From an uncultured Nitrospiraceae bacterium (GTDB taxonomy: Bacteria > Nitrospirota > Thermodesulfovibrionia > Thermodesulfovibrionales > Dissulfurispiraceae), in NCBI GenBank assembly GCA_947085205.1, contig CAMTVO010000010.1, forward strand, positions 32,001-96,000: a stretch of 64,000 nucleotides of DNA, given 5' to 3'. How positions within the stretch are numbered: position 1 is the first letter of the stretch; each line of letters opens with the position of its first letter. The position numbers and the translations under genes were made by a program. Of the stretch, positions 28,292 through 38,158 are shown one piece after another. The notes below the pieces were generated by a model that was not told where the DNA came from, ran no database searches, and worked only from the letters and a program-made list of their open reading frames with translations.

Positions 28292-30024
28292 TGGCGTTTA
28301 AGAGACCAACAGGCAAAAGCTTTGAAGAGCTGCTCATAGAAAGAGGTCTCCTGACAAAGGAGAAACTACAGGAGTTTCTCACAAAGATAACAAAGGAGAA
28401 AAAGAGCCTCGAACAGCTCCTTCTTGAATCCGGATTTTCGGAGGAGAAGATATCCTCCATTAAGGCGGAATACCTCGGCTACGAATTCGTAGATCTATCC
28501 TCCTATCCCCAGCCGTCAATGGATTTATTGAAGCACATCAAGCCTGCCTATGCAAAAAACTATAAGGTGTTGCCTGTGAAATTCGAAGATGAAGCCCTGA
28601 CCATCGCAATGGTAGAGCCAAGGGATTTTATGGCTCTGGACGAGGTTATCCGTCTTTACAGGGATTCAAAGTTCAGGATAAAAGATTCTAAAGTAGTAAT
28701 GACCACAACAAAACACCTCTTTTCGGCCATCGAAAAATTTTATGCCATCCCGAAGGAGGAGATGGGTCTCGGAAGCATACTATCACAGGTTGCAGAGACA
28801 TACAGGGCCGAGATAGAAGTGGCAGAGGTTGCAAGAGAGGATGCCACAGAAAACAGCGCTCCGATTGTCATGCTCGCAAATAAGATAGTGGAAGAGGCAT
28901 TCCGGAAAAGGACAAGCGACATACATCTTGAACCGGCAATAGACCATCTCCGCGTCAGATACCGCGTAGACGGTGAACTGGCGGAAGTAATGCGCGTGCC
29001 GAGATATGCGCAGGATGCCCTTATTACCAGATTTAAAATCATGTCAGACATGAGGATAGACGAAAGACGACAGCCTCAGGACGGCAGGATAGACTTTACA
29101 AAATACAGTCCCGCAGTCGAGATAGACCTCCGTGTCTCTACGGTTCCGACGCCTCATGGAGAGGACATTGTGATGAGGATACTTGACAAGAAGAGCTCTA
29201 TCCTCTCGCTCGATATGTTGGGATTCAATGAACATAATATGAAGTTGTATAAGGAAGCAATAGCTTCACCATATGGCATCCTTCTCCATGTCGGACCTAC
29301 AGGAAGCGGAAAGACAACCGGCCTTTACGCTGCCTTGAAATCCATGGACACCCCTGATGTCAAGATAGTCACAGCAGAAGACCCTGTGGAATATACCCTT
29401 GGAGGACAGATTATACAGAGCAATATCAATCCGCCTGCCGGTTATACCTTTGCAAAGGCAATAAGGGCATTTATGAGGCACGACCCTGATATTATCCTCA
29501 TAGGTGAAATCAGAGACCTCGAGACAGCAAAGACAGCAGTTGAGGCATCACTTACAGGACATCTTGTTTTTTCAACACTTCATACAAACGATGCCATTGG
29601 AACAGTAACGAGGCTTACAGAGATGGGAATAGAGCCTTACCTCGTTGCAGACTCCCTACTTTTAGTCTGCGCCCAGAGGCTTATGAGGAGGATATGCAAA
29701 AAGTGCAAGGAGTCCTACATCGTTACAGACGAAGAGGTGGAGATGTCCAAAGGCGATATCAAGCCCGGAACTACGCTCTATAGGGGCAAGGGCTGCGATG
29801 CCTGCGAAGGTACAGGCTATAAAGGACGTACAGGAGTTTATGAGATACTTGCAATGAACAAAAAGCTAAGGAGCCTTTTGATAAAAGGGGCTTCCACAGA
29901 GGAATTGAGGAAAACGGCCATCGAGACAGGAATGCTGACATTAAGGCAGGATGCAATAGAAAAGGCATTGACAGGCGTCAGCACCATAGAAGAAGTCGTT
30001 TCTACCACACTGGCAGAAGGATAA
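28291..30024 (+). CDS. GspE/PilB-family secretion ATPase
   Basis: SDIHLEP, PQDGR, GPTGSGKT, EDPVEY, DPDIILIGEIRD, TGHLVFSTLH, CxxC..CxxC. Confidence 0.92.
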   Translation: MAFKRPTGKSFEELLIERGLLTKEKLQEFLTKITKEKKSLEQLLLESGFSEEKISSIKAEYLGYEFVDLSSYPQPSMDLLKHIKPAYAKNYKVLPVKFEDEALTIAMVEPRDFMALDEVIRLYRDSKFRIKDSKVVMTTTKHLFSAIEKFYAIPKEEMGLGSILSQVAETYRAEIEVAEVAREDATENSAPIVMLANKIVEEAFRKRTSDIHLEPAIDHLRVRYRVDGELAEVMRVPRYAQDALITRFKIMSDMRIDERRQPQDGRIDFTKYSPAVEIDLRVSTVPTPHGEDIVMRILDKKSSILSLDMLGFNEHNMKLYKEAIASPYGILLHVGPTGSGKTTGLYAALKSMDTPDVKIVTAEDPVEYTLGGQIIQSNINPPAGYTFAKAIRAFMRHDPDIILIGEIRDLETAKTAVEASLTGHLVFSTLHTNDAIGTVTRLTEMGIEPYLVADSLLLVCAQRLMRRICKKCKESYIVTDEEVEMSKGDIKPGTTLYRGKGCDACEGTGYKGRTGVYEILAMNKKLRSLLIKGASTEELRKTAIETGMLTLRQDAIEKALTGVSTIEEVVSTTLAEG

Positions 30025-30085
30025 GCGTTATAGCGTAAAACGATATAACACCGTAACGCAACGCTATAAATGCTATAACGATGAT

Positions 30086-32041
30086 ATGAAGAAAAAAACA
30101 GGCATCTTCATAGGATTATCCATTACTATCTTTGTCGCTGTATTAATGCTCCTCAAACTATCCCCTCTCGAAACCTTTGAAGAAAAGCTCTACGATTATA
30201 GATTCAAAATCAGAGGCACAATCAAACCGCCGGATACCGTCGTAATTGCCGCCATAGATGAAAAGAGCATAGAAAGGCTCGGCAGATGGCCGTGGAGCAG
30301 GGACAAGATAGCGAGGCTTGTAGAAAAGTTAAATGAGGCGGGAGCAGAGATAATAGTCTTTGATGTGATTTTCAGCGAGAGCGAAAGAAACGACGCCATG
30401 CTCGGCAAAGCTATTAAGGATGCGGGGAATGTGATACTGCCGATAGCCTTTGACTTCGAAAAAGAATCAGCGATACAAGACAAGGAATTCCTCCTCCGCG
30501 CATCATTTTACTCGGTCAGCAATCATGAGATGTTTGATAAATATAATCCTATTACGGCAAAGAGCATACTAATGCCTGTTTCAGAACTTATCAGGGAGGC
30601 GATAACCTTAGGACATATCAATATGTTCCCTGACAGCGACGGCACTCTGAGGTGGGAATCTCTCGTAATAGCATATAACGGCTATCTTTATCCTTCAATT
30701 ACGCTTAATGCTGCAGCCTCTTATCTCGGCATTCCTCATGAAAAGGTTGTTTTGAAAGCAACAGAAGGGGTATATGCCGGGAAAAGGTATATACCTACAG
30801 ACAGATGGGGCAGAACGCTTATAAACTATTACGGCTCTAATCAGACTTTCAAACATATATCCATATCGGATATTTTAGAGGGCAAGGTTAATCCAGACGA
30901 ACTTCAGGGCAGGATAATACTCATCGGCGCAACTGCAATCGGCATCTATGATTTGAGGGTCACTCCGTTTTCTCCTGCTATGCCCGGAGTCGAAAAGCAC
31001 GCAAGCGTCATATCGTCCATAATGGAAAACAGATTGCTGAGATGCGTTCCACTGCATACAAATCTGATTATTATCCTGTTGTCAGGAATTTTGTTCTCCT
31101 TTCTTATTGCGAGATTTAAGGCATTGGGCGCAGCTTTCGTCACAGGAATATTTCTTTCGGTTATATTTTCTACAGGCTATTACCTGTTTGCACAAAAAGG
31201 TTTGTGGATAAACATCACGTATCCGTCCATCAACATCCTTCTCATATTCATAAGCGTTACTGCTTACAACTATGCGGTTGAGGAGAGGTATGCAAGGAGA
31301 ATAAGGGCGATGTTTTCAAGTTATGTAACAGAGAAGATTGTGAATGAATTGATCAGAAACCCTGATATGGCAAAACTTGGAGGCGAAAGGAGAGAAATTA
31401 CAATTCTTTTTTCCGATATAAAGGATTTTACATCATTCGCGGAAAAACACTCCCCTGAAGAGGTTGTTTCAATACTTAATGAATATCTCGGCGAAATGAC
31501 AGATATAGTCTTTAAATGGGAAGGCACTTTGGATAAATTCATCGGCGACGCCATTTTAGCCTTCTGGGGCGCGCCAATGAAACAGGAGAACCATGCAGAG
31601 CTTGCTGTCAAATGTGCATTACACATGGTGAGAAGACTCGAAGAGCTCCAGCAGAAGTGGCAGTCCGAAGGCAAGCCTGTTCTGGATTGCGGAATAGGCA
31701 TAAACACAGGAGAGGTGCTCGTGGGAAACATCGGCGCAGAAGGCAAAAAAATGGAATACACTGTAATCGGAGACCATGTAAATCTTGGCTCAAGGGTAGA
31801 AGGTCTCACAAGGAAGTATAATGTGCATATCCTGATAACAGAATTTACTATGAACAGGATAAAGGATTTAATCTCATCAGGCAAGCTATGGCGCACTGAA
31901 GTCACAGGGCTCGAAAGGGTGGTTGTTAAAGGAAAGGAAACACCCGTCTCTATATACGAACTCAAATCCGCAGAATACGGCGTTGAGTCAAAGATTACAG
32001 AGGTTGCAGAAGAAAAGGTCGTCACAATGAAGGAAAAATAA
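30086..32041 (+). CDS. CHASE2-domain class III adenylate cyclase
   Basis: GRWPWSR, FDVIF, DSDG, PGVEKHA (CHASE2); 3 TM helices; FSDIKDFT, DKFIGD, YTVIGDHVNLGSR. Confidence 0.92.
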   Translation: MKKKTGIFIGLSITIFVAVLMLLKLSPLETFEEKLYDYRFKIRGTIKPPDTVVIAAIDEKSIERLGRWPWSRDKIARLVEKLNEAGAEIIVFDVIFSESERNDAMLGKAIKDAGNVILPIAFDFEKESAIQDKEFLLRASFYSVSNHEMFDKYNPITAKSILMPVSELIREAITLGHINMFPDSDGTLRWESLVIAYNGYLYPSITLNAAASYLGIPHEKVVLKATEGVYAGKRYIPTDRWGRTLINYYGSNQTFKHISISDILEGKVNPDELQGRIILIGATAIGIYDLRVTPFSPAMPGVEKHASVISSIMENRLLRCVPLHTNLIIILLSGILFSFLIARFKALGAAFVTGIFLSVIFSTGYYLFAQKGLWINITYPSINILLIFISVTAYNYAVEERYARRIRAMFSSYVTEKIVNELIRNPDMAKLGGERREITILFSDIKDFTSFAEKHSPEEVVSILNEYLGEMTDIVFKWEGTLDKFIGDAILAFWGAPMKQENHAELAVKCALHMVRRLEELQQKWQSEGKPVLDCGIGINTGEVLVGNIGAEGKKMEYTVIGDHVNLGSRVEGLTRKYNVHILITEFTMNRIKDLISSGKLWRTEVTGLERVVVKGKETPVSIYELKSAEYGVESKITEVAEEKVVTMKEK

Positions 32042-32064
32042 AAATCGGTCAGTCTTAAAACTAA

Positions 32065-32096
32065 TGCGGGAGCAGGTTTGCAAACCTGCTCCCGCA
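32065..32096. terminator. Perfect 32-bp palindrome between convergent genes (terminator or REP-like)
   Basis: tgcgggagcaggtttg caaacctgctcccgca. Confidence 0.7.
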
Positions 32097-32102
32097 GGAT
32101 AA

Positions 32103-33926
32103 TCACGGCAGTATAAATCCGGACTTCATTTCTCCTATTGCCTTGGCATCCAATGTGCCTGATGTGCTTCCTGTCATCTTGCCTAACATTACACCTCCGG
32201 CGTCTGTGGCAGTGGTAGATCTGATATTTGCGCCGACTATGGCAGTAGTGCTGTCAATAGATTTTATGCCCCCCTCAACTTTCATACCAAAGGTTGTGTC
32301 AATGGATGTAGAGCCGCTAATAGTCCCGTTGATACCCTGCAGATTTGTGATGTTTCCCGATGAAACGCTCCAGTTCCCCTTGACATTGACATCAAAAAAT
32401 CCGCTTCCAGGAGTCAGTTCAATGCCTTTACCTGCCAATCCTGATGTAATAGTTACATTGCCTACGGATGTGCCGCTTGCATTCTCGAGGGTTAATGATT
32501 GCTCTGTATTAAAATTTATATCAAAGGTTCTGAGAGCTGTTTCTGTAATTGGCACAAAGAAATCTGGCTTTGCACCTGGAAGGGTCGGGATTATCTTATC
32601 AAAAACCTCCCAGAAAGGTCTTGAGCCGTCCCAGAAGAGTCCGTCAGCTTTTGTAGAGAATGTACCGCTCTGACCTGCCCGTGATCCATAGTCATTATTA
32701 TAGAAGATGGTTGTGTAACTGCCTGAAAGCCCACCTATATACCAGTACTTCTTTGAGCCGTCCTCTATCCAGCCTATATTCCCGCCAGACCAGAGTTTAT
32801 CTGGATGCACAAGACTGGAGTTATTAGGGTCACGAAGGATATCGCCGACACTGGCGCCATAAAACGGCTTTCCATCTGCGCTTCCTGAATAAAACATATA
32901 AAACCAGTCATCGGTAGCCGCATATGGTGAAGGGTCTACAGACCTTCCGGCAACCCATGCATAAGAGCCGCTCATATCCAATTTATAATACCCACCTTCA
33001 AGGATTGTCTGATTAAATGTGCCTGATATTGAGCCGCTCTGAATAACTGCTGCAGTTCCCTCGTTAGTACCAGAAGTTGCAAACCAGTGTATCTCTCCAT
33101 CCAGTATGCTGGCTGAGGCATCGAATACCTTGTTTAATGAAATATCCTTAATGTTAGGGAGATCCTTCGGAGGCAGTGGTTGTAATGCTATCTCAGGCGG
33201 CTTTGGTGGTGCTGCAGGTGGTGGCGGAGGCGCCTCTGGAGCTTCAGCCCTTCCTGGCGGCGCCGGCGTTACCTGTTTTTCCTGCTGCTGGTATTCCCTC
33301 TCACTGTAAGGTCTTTCTACAGGCGCCCTTCCATAAAATACCTCGCCAACCTCACCTTTAGAAACTATTACACTGCCGAGTGGATTCTTAAACTCTATTA
33401 CGCCATCCTTCACATACACCCTCTCTACACCATCTGTATAGATTATCCCCTCTGTGCCTCTAACACCGGCAACTGCTGTCTTTGTCTTCATCTCAAATTT
33501 GCTTCCTTCAGCAGGATAAACAGGCTTTGGAATTTGAAACCCCGTCCTTCCCCTGTAAATTTTTAAAGATGCTGCCCTCTTTTCATCTTCTGGTTTGTAA
33601 AGATATTCATCTATTCCGAGCCTTGATTTTGGGCCAACTGACATAACACTCTGGTCAATAAATGTTATCTCTGCCTTGCCGTCGCTCTTTGTCCTTAAAA
33701 CATCTCCTACGTTAACAGCATCTCCAACCTTCACAGCTACAGCAGCAGCCCCTGCCCTCAGTATATCCACCCTGCCCTCAACCTTTGTTATCTTGCCAGC
33801 AAGTTGTGCCTCGGCACTACCAGTGAATAGTGAACAGTGAATAGCGAATAGTAAAAAAAGGCAATAGGCAATGGGCAATAGGCGATAGGCTTTATTAAGT
33901 AGTTCTTTACTTTGTATCCTTACCAT
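32103..33926 (-). CDS. Exported FecR-domain protein with Pro-rich linker and beta-rich C-terminal region
   Basis: Signal peptide ending AEA; GDVLRT, TAVAGVRGT (FecR); PPPPPAAPP linker. Confidence 0.8.
   Translation of the reverse strand: MVRIQSKELLNKAYRLLPIAYCLFLLFAIHCSLFTGSAEAQLAGKITKVEGRVDILRAGAAAVAVKVGDAVNVGDVLRTKSDGKAEITFIDQSVMSVGPKSRLGIDEYLYKPEDEKRAASLKIYRGRTGFQIPKPVYPAEGSKFEMKTKTAVAGVRGTEGIIYTDGVERVYVKDGVIEFKNPLGSVIVSKGEVGEVFYGRAPVERPYSEREYQQQEKQVTPAPPGRAEAPEAPPPPPAAPPKPPEIALQPLPPKDLPNIKDISLNKVFDASASILDGEIHWFATSGTNEGTAAVIQSGSISGTFNQTILEGGYYKLDMSGSYAWVAGRSVDPSPYAATDDWFYMFYSGSADGKPFYGASVGDILRDPNNSSLVHPDKLWSGGNIGWIEDGSKKYWYIGGLSGSYTTIFYNNDYGSRAGQSGTFSTKADGLFWDGSRPFWEVFDKIIPTLPGAKPDFFVPITETALRTFDINFNTEQSLTLENASGTSVGNVTITSGLAGKGIELTPGSGFFDVNVKGNWSVSSGNITNLQGINGTISGSTSIDTTFGMKVEGGIKSIDSTTAIVGANIRSTTATDAGGVMLGKMTGSTSGTLDAKAIGEMKSGFILP
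33821..33893 (-). repeat. Two heptamer tracts encoding the signal-peptide core
   Basis: (YAGTGAA)x5 and (RGGCAAT)x5 on the plus strand, encoding AYRLLPIAYCLFLLFAIHCSLFT. Confidence 0.8.
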
Positions 33927-33938
33927 GTCATGCCTCCT

Positions 33939-35498
33939 TTAAAACCTATACTCAAGGCTTACTGTATAAAGGTTTTTCTTAAATTCATAGACAGCTATAT
34001 TGGAAAGGGTCTTCATATATGTATAACCTACGCTTATATCCAGCGGCTCCATGATGTTATAGGTTAAGGATGTCTGAACAGTGTAGTTATCGTCCTTTCT
34101 TGTATTCCTTGGAATGTTTTTGTAAATAGAATGTACATTAGAGTAGTTTTGTCTGTATGCCTCTGCAAAGATGTTTGCCTTAAGCTTGTTATCTATAAAC
34201 GGATATAAAAGTCCGGCAGATACCTTCATTCCCGTATAATCCCAGTTGGGGCCGTCAGCGTCATTGATGTCTCCCTCCAGTCTTACATTAAACAAGCCAT
34301 TGCCCTTTTTAAATGTATAGATATAGCCGACACCTAAGGCAAAATAACTTGCATCCCTGTCCTCTGCCTTGCTGAGATACGCTCCAAATTTCCTTCTATT
34401 GTATTCAAAATTAAACTCGTCCTTCCTGTATTTAAGGAAGACTTGCCCCAGATTATTGCCTTTGATAATAAACGTATAGGAGGGACTTACAGTGAATGAC
34501 TGCTTATACTTTATGTAGTCGACTTCAAGATAATTATAAGAAAGCAAGAGGCTTGTCACACTGGTTTCTGTATTATAAGAGGGCATTATAGAGAATGTAT
34601 GACTTACTGTGTCCTGGCTGAAAATCTTCTCCCCTCCATTTTTTTTAGGATAATCTTTCTCAAAGTGCTGCGTAATATTAAGAGCATAGGATGCCCTTAT
34701 GTTCCATGGCCCTTTTTCATAAACAGTATATTCTCCAAGCAAAGAATATATCCTTTTCCAGTCTTCCTGCTTTGTTATGTCAACGAGGGACTCATCTATG
34801 GGATTGGCTAAGACATTGTCGTCATACTGAAGACCAACACCTAAGATGAGTCTGTAAGGAGGAGGCATCTTTTCTATTACATCAAGATAGTCCTTTGAAA
34901 ACAAAGCCCAATCGGATGTCGGGTCTACTGTCATTAATCCTTTAAATGCCTCCTTAGCCTTTTTAAACTCCTTTTCCTGAATATAAACAGTGGCAATCTG
35001 GAAATCAGCCTGCTGGGCCAATGAAGGGTCAAGCTCTTTTGCCTTTTTGAATGCCTCAACCGCCTCTGTATTCTTTTTCAGTTTAAGAAGTATCAGTCCC
35101 TTAAGGTAATTGGATTGTGCAATTCTGACGCCCTCTTTTATAGCAGCCTCAATAACACCTAATGCCTCTTCATAATTTCCCATGCCCAAAAGCATTTCTG
35201 ACAGGAGAATCTTCACCTCTGCTGCCTTTGGGTCAAGTCTGAGGGTCTCTTTGAAAAACTTCACAGCCTCGGGGTAATTCTGCATTTCACGGTGGGTAAG
35301 TCCGAGATACGATGTTATGCGAGGGTCATTTGGATTTTCTTTGTATGCCCTTTCAAAAAAGGTGAGTGCTTCCTCATAGTTTTCTGCCTTAAATTCTGCG
35401 ATGCCTTTTTCAAACAAATCTTCGGCACCGAAAACTGTGTAAGGGCTTACAAAAAAGAAGACTGATGCAATAATAAAAACAAACCTCCATTTTTTCAT
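33939..35498 (-). CDS. TPR + outer-membrane beta-barrel protein (Slam/DUF560-like)
   Basis: Signal peptide, several TPRs, YDDNV, alternating beta-strands, C-terminal LEYRF. Confidence 0.75.
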   Translation of the reverse strand: MKKWRFVFIIASVFFFVSPYTVFGAEDLFEKGIAEFKAENYEEALTFFERAYKENPNDPRITSYLGLTHREMQNYPEAVKFFKETLRLDPKAAEVKILLSEMLLGMGNYEEALGVIEAAIKEGVRIAQSNYLKGLILLKLKKNTEAVEAFKKAKELDPSLAQQADFQIATVYIQEKEFKKAKEAFKGLMTVDPTSDWALFSKDYLDVIEKMPPPYRLILGVGLQYDDNVLANPIDESLVDITKQEDWKRIYSLLGEYTVYEKGPWNIRASYALNITQHFEKDYPKKNGGEKIFSQDTVSHTFSIMPSYNTETSVTSLLLSYNYLEVDYIKYKQSFTVSPSYTFIIKGNNLGQVFLKYRKDEFNFEYNRRKFGAYLSKAEDRDASYFALGVGYIYTFKKGNGLFNVRLEGDINDADGPNWDYTGMKVSAGLLYPFIDNKLKANIFAEAYRQNYSNVHSIYKNIPRNTRKDDNYTVQTSLTYNIMEPLDISVGYTYMKTLSNIAVYEFKKNLYTVSLEYRF

Positions 35499-35624
35499 GA
35501 CTTTCCCCCCAGAAGCTGCTCTATAGAAGATTAGTTATCACATTATATTACAAGTTGCAACAAAAATATTTAAAGGCTAAAATTTGGCTAATTCAATTGA
35601 GATTTGTGCTAAAATTTAACCGTC

Positions 35625-36716
35625 ATGACAGAACTAACAGAAAAGATAAAACAACTCAACACGTTGATAGAGTTGTCCGCCCTTATTAATTCATCCCTAG
35701 ATATTGCAGAGATACGGAAAAGGGCAATAAAGGCTGCGACAGAGCTTGTTAATGCAGAGGCGGGCAGCCTGCTTTTCATTGATGAAGAGACAGGCGAGCT
35801 TTATTTTGATGTGGCCATCGGAGAAAAGGGGGAAAAGGTCAAGACCATTCGTCTTAAAAAGGGACAGGGAATTGCAGGATGGGTCGCAGAGAATAATGAG
35901 CCGGTGATTATAAATGATGTTCAGAGTGATTCACGATTTTTTAAAGGCGCTGATGAAAAGAGCGACTATGTTACTAAAAATATGATATGCGTTCCTATAA
36001 AGACAAAGAATAAGCTTATCGGGGCGCTTCAGGCTATAAATAAAAAGAATACAGCATTTAATAATGAGGATTTAGATATATTAACTGCCCTTTCCAATCA
36101 GGTTGCCATAGCAATAGAAAACGCACGGCTGTATGATGAACTGCGGGAGACATTCTACGCAACCGTTCATTCCCTTGCAGAGACCATAGAAAAGAGGGAC
36201 CCTTACACAAGCGGACATACAAAGAGGGTGATGAACTACAGCCTTGCCATCGGAAGGGTTAGGGGTCTGCCTAAAGAAGAGATTGTCAACCTCAAGTTAG
36301 CTGCGATACTGCATGACATAGGCAAAATAGGCATAAGGGACAATGTCCTCTTGAAAAACGAAAAGTTGAACTCCGAAGAATTTAATACAATAATGATGCA
36401 TACTGTATACGGGGCAGAGATACTTAATCATGTAAGGCAGTTAAAGGATATCGTCCCGGGAGTAAAACACCACCACGAAAAGCATGACGGCTCCGGTTAT
36501 CCTGATGGCTTAAAAGGTGATGATATTCCAGTTATAGCGAGAATCATTGCTGTTACTGACACCTTTGATGCAATGACAACAGACAGGCCTTATAGAAAAG
36601 GGTTGAGCTTTGACGCTGCCTTTGAGGAACTAAAAAAGAACGCAGGCTCTCAGTTTGATCCGGATGTGGTCAATGCATTCTTTAGGGCATATAAAGAGCT
36701 TGAAATTATAGTATAG
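35625..36716 (+). CDS. GAF + HD-GYP phosphodiesterase
   Basis: GAF with INK..F..ED; RDPYTSGH, LHDIGK, HHEKHDGSGYP. Confidence 0.92.
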   Translation: MTELTEKIKQLNTLIELSALINSSLDIAEIRKRAIKAATELVNAEAGSLLFIDEETGELYFDVAIGEKGEKVKTIRLKKGQGIAGWVAENNEPVIINDVQSDSRFFKGADEKSDYVTKNMICVPIKTKNKLIGALQAINKKNTAFNNEDLDILTALSNQVAIAIENARLYDELRETFYATVHSLAETIEKRDPYTSGHTKRVMNYSLAIGRVRGLPKEEIVNLKLAAILHDIGKIGIRDNVLLKNEKLNSEEFNTIMMHTVYGAEILNHVRQLKDIVPGVKHHHEKHDGSGYPDGLKGDDIPVIARIIAVTDTFDAMTTDRPYRKGLSFDAAFEELKKNAGSQFDPDVVNAFFRAYKELEIIV

Positions 36717-36731
36717 CTCCGGGGAGGGGAT

Positions 36732-37499
36732 ATGAAGATAAGGGTTCTTGGTTGCTCGGGTGCGGAATTCCCAGGGCATAACCCGCCGGGTTTTCTATTG
36801 GACAATGAAATATTGTTTGATGCAGGAAGCCTGACTAATGTTCTTGATGAGAATGCCCAGCACAAGATAGGGAATATATTTATCACGCATGCACATCTTG
36901 ACCATATAAGAGGCATTTCTTTCCTTGCGGACAATATCATTGTTGCGAAAAGAAAGCAGAGAGTGAATATCATAAGTATTCCATCAGTGCTTAACACGAT
37001 AAAGAAAAATCTTCTGAACGACTCGCTCTGGCCGGATTTTACTATGATTCCCGATTATGAGAATGCCGTCCTGAGATATAGGGCGGTGAAGGCCGGAAGT
37101 TCGTTAAGAATCGGCGACTACAAGATTTCCCTCCATAAGGTCAATCATTCCGTTCCTGCGGTAGGGTATTTGGTAGAGGGCGGAAATAAAAAAAGATTCT
37201 TTTATACGGGCGATACCGGGCCTACCGGGTCTACGTGGGAAAAGATAGGCGACAGAAAACTGAACTGCCTGATAATCGAAACGTCATTCCCGAATAAAAT
37301 GCGGGATATGGCCGTATTGACCGGACACCTTACCCCGCAGTTGTTGAAAGAGGAAATTATGAAGATAAAACAGATGCCTGAACATATATATATTACCCAT
37401 CCGAAACCGCAGCACTTTAAGGTTATTAAGGCGGAACTCGAAAGGCTTAAGATCAAAAACCTCAAGCTATTGAAAGACGGCGATATTATCAGGATATAA
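36732..37499 (+). CDS. Class II (metallo-beta-lactamase fold) cyclic nucleotide phosphodiesterase
   Basis: VLGCSG, THAHLDHI, WPDF, HSVP, GDTG, ETSFPN, GHLTP. Confidence 0.85.
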   Translation: MKIRVLGCSGAEFPGHNPPGFLLDNEILFDAGSLTNVLDENAQHKIGNIFITHAHLDHIRGISFLADNIIVAKRKQRVNIISIPSVLNTIKKNLLNDSLWPDFTMIPDYENAVLRYRAVKAGSSLRIGDYKISLHKVNHSVPAVGYLVEGGNKKRFFYTGDTGPTGSTWEKIGDRKLNCLIIETSFPNKMRDMAVLTGHLTPQLLKEEIMKIKQMPEHIYITHPKPQHFKVIKAELERLKIKNLKLLKDGDIIRI

Positions 37500-38154
37500 A
37501 GCCTGATTTTTTGAGCGCAGATAAGAGTTCGGAATCCTTTTCTTCTGCTGACTGCTGACCGCTGACTGCTGACTGCAGAAATTTCGCCACATACTTTCCC
37601 AAAATATCGGGCTCAAGATTAACCGTATCTCCAATATTTTTAATCCCGATTGAGGTCACTTTTGCAGTATGGGGTATGATTACAATGCTAAAGGCATCCT
37701 TCAAAACATCCACAACAGTAAGGCTAATGCCATCAACAGCAACAGAGCCTTTTCCGACAAGATATTTCAATACATTATCAGGTGCTTCAATCTCTATTTT
37801 CACGGCATTGCCGAGAGGCTTTTTTGACCTTATTCTGCCGACCCCTTCAACATGGCCTGTAACAAAGTGTCCGCCCATTTTTGAATTGGGCTTGAGGGAC
37901 GGTTCGAGGTTAACCCTGTCACCCCTTTTCAGATTTCCAAGGTTTGTGCTTCTCAAGGTTTCGACTGAAACATCAAAGGATAGGCCATCTTTTTCGATAT
38001 CTACAACCGTAAGGCAGACGCCGTTCACTGCAATGCTATCTCCGAGGGCGACATCCTTAACAATTTCATTCCCTTTTAAAGACAGCTTTGCGCTCTCTGT
38101 CTTTTTCTCAAGAGAGATTATTTCGCCTAATTCTATGATTATGCCTGTAAACAT
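37489..38154 (-). CDS. ribE: Riboflavin synthase (alpha chain)
   Basis: MFTGII, GDSIAVNGVCLT, GGHFVTGH, VNLEPD. Confidence 0.95.
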   Translation of the reverse strand: MFTGIIIELGEIISLEKKTESAKLSLKGNEIVKDVALGDSIAVNGVCLTVVDIEKDGLSFDVSVETLRSTNLGNLKRGDRVNLEPSLKPNSKMGGHFVTGHVEGVGRIRSKKPLGNAVKIEIEAPDNVLKYLVGKGSVAVDGISLTVVDVLKDAFSIVIIPHTAKVTSIGIKNIGDTVNLEPDILGKYVAKFLQSAVSGQQSAEEKDSELLSALKKSGFIS

Positions 38155-38158
38155 AGCA

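Noticed and set aside
33180..33280. GC-rich low-complexity stretch
   Set aside because: Explained by the Pro/Ala linker codons of the FecR protein.
35500..35620. CRP-like site in the divergent promoter of the cAMP cassette
   Set aside because: Only one TCACA half-site; no TGTGA-N6-TCACA match.
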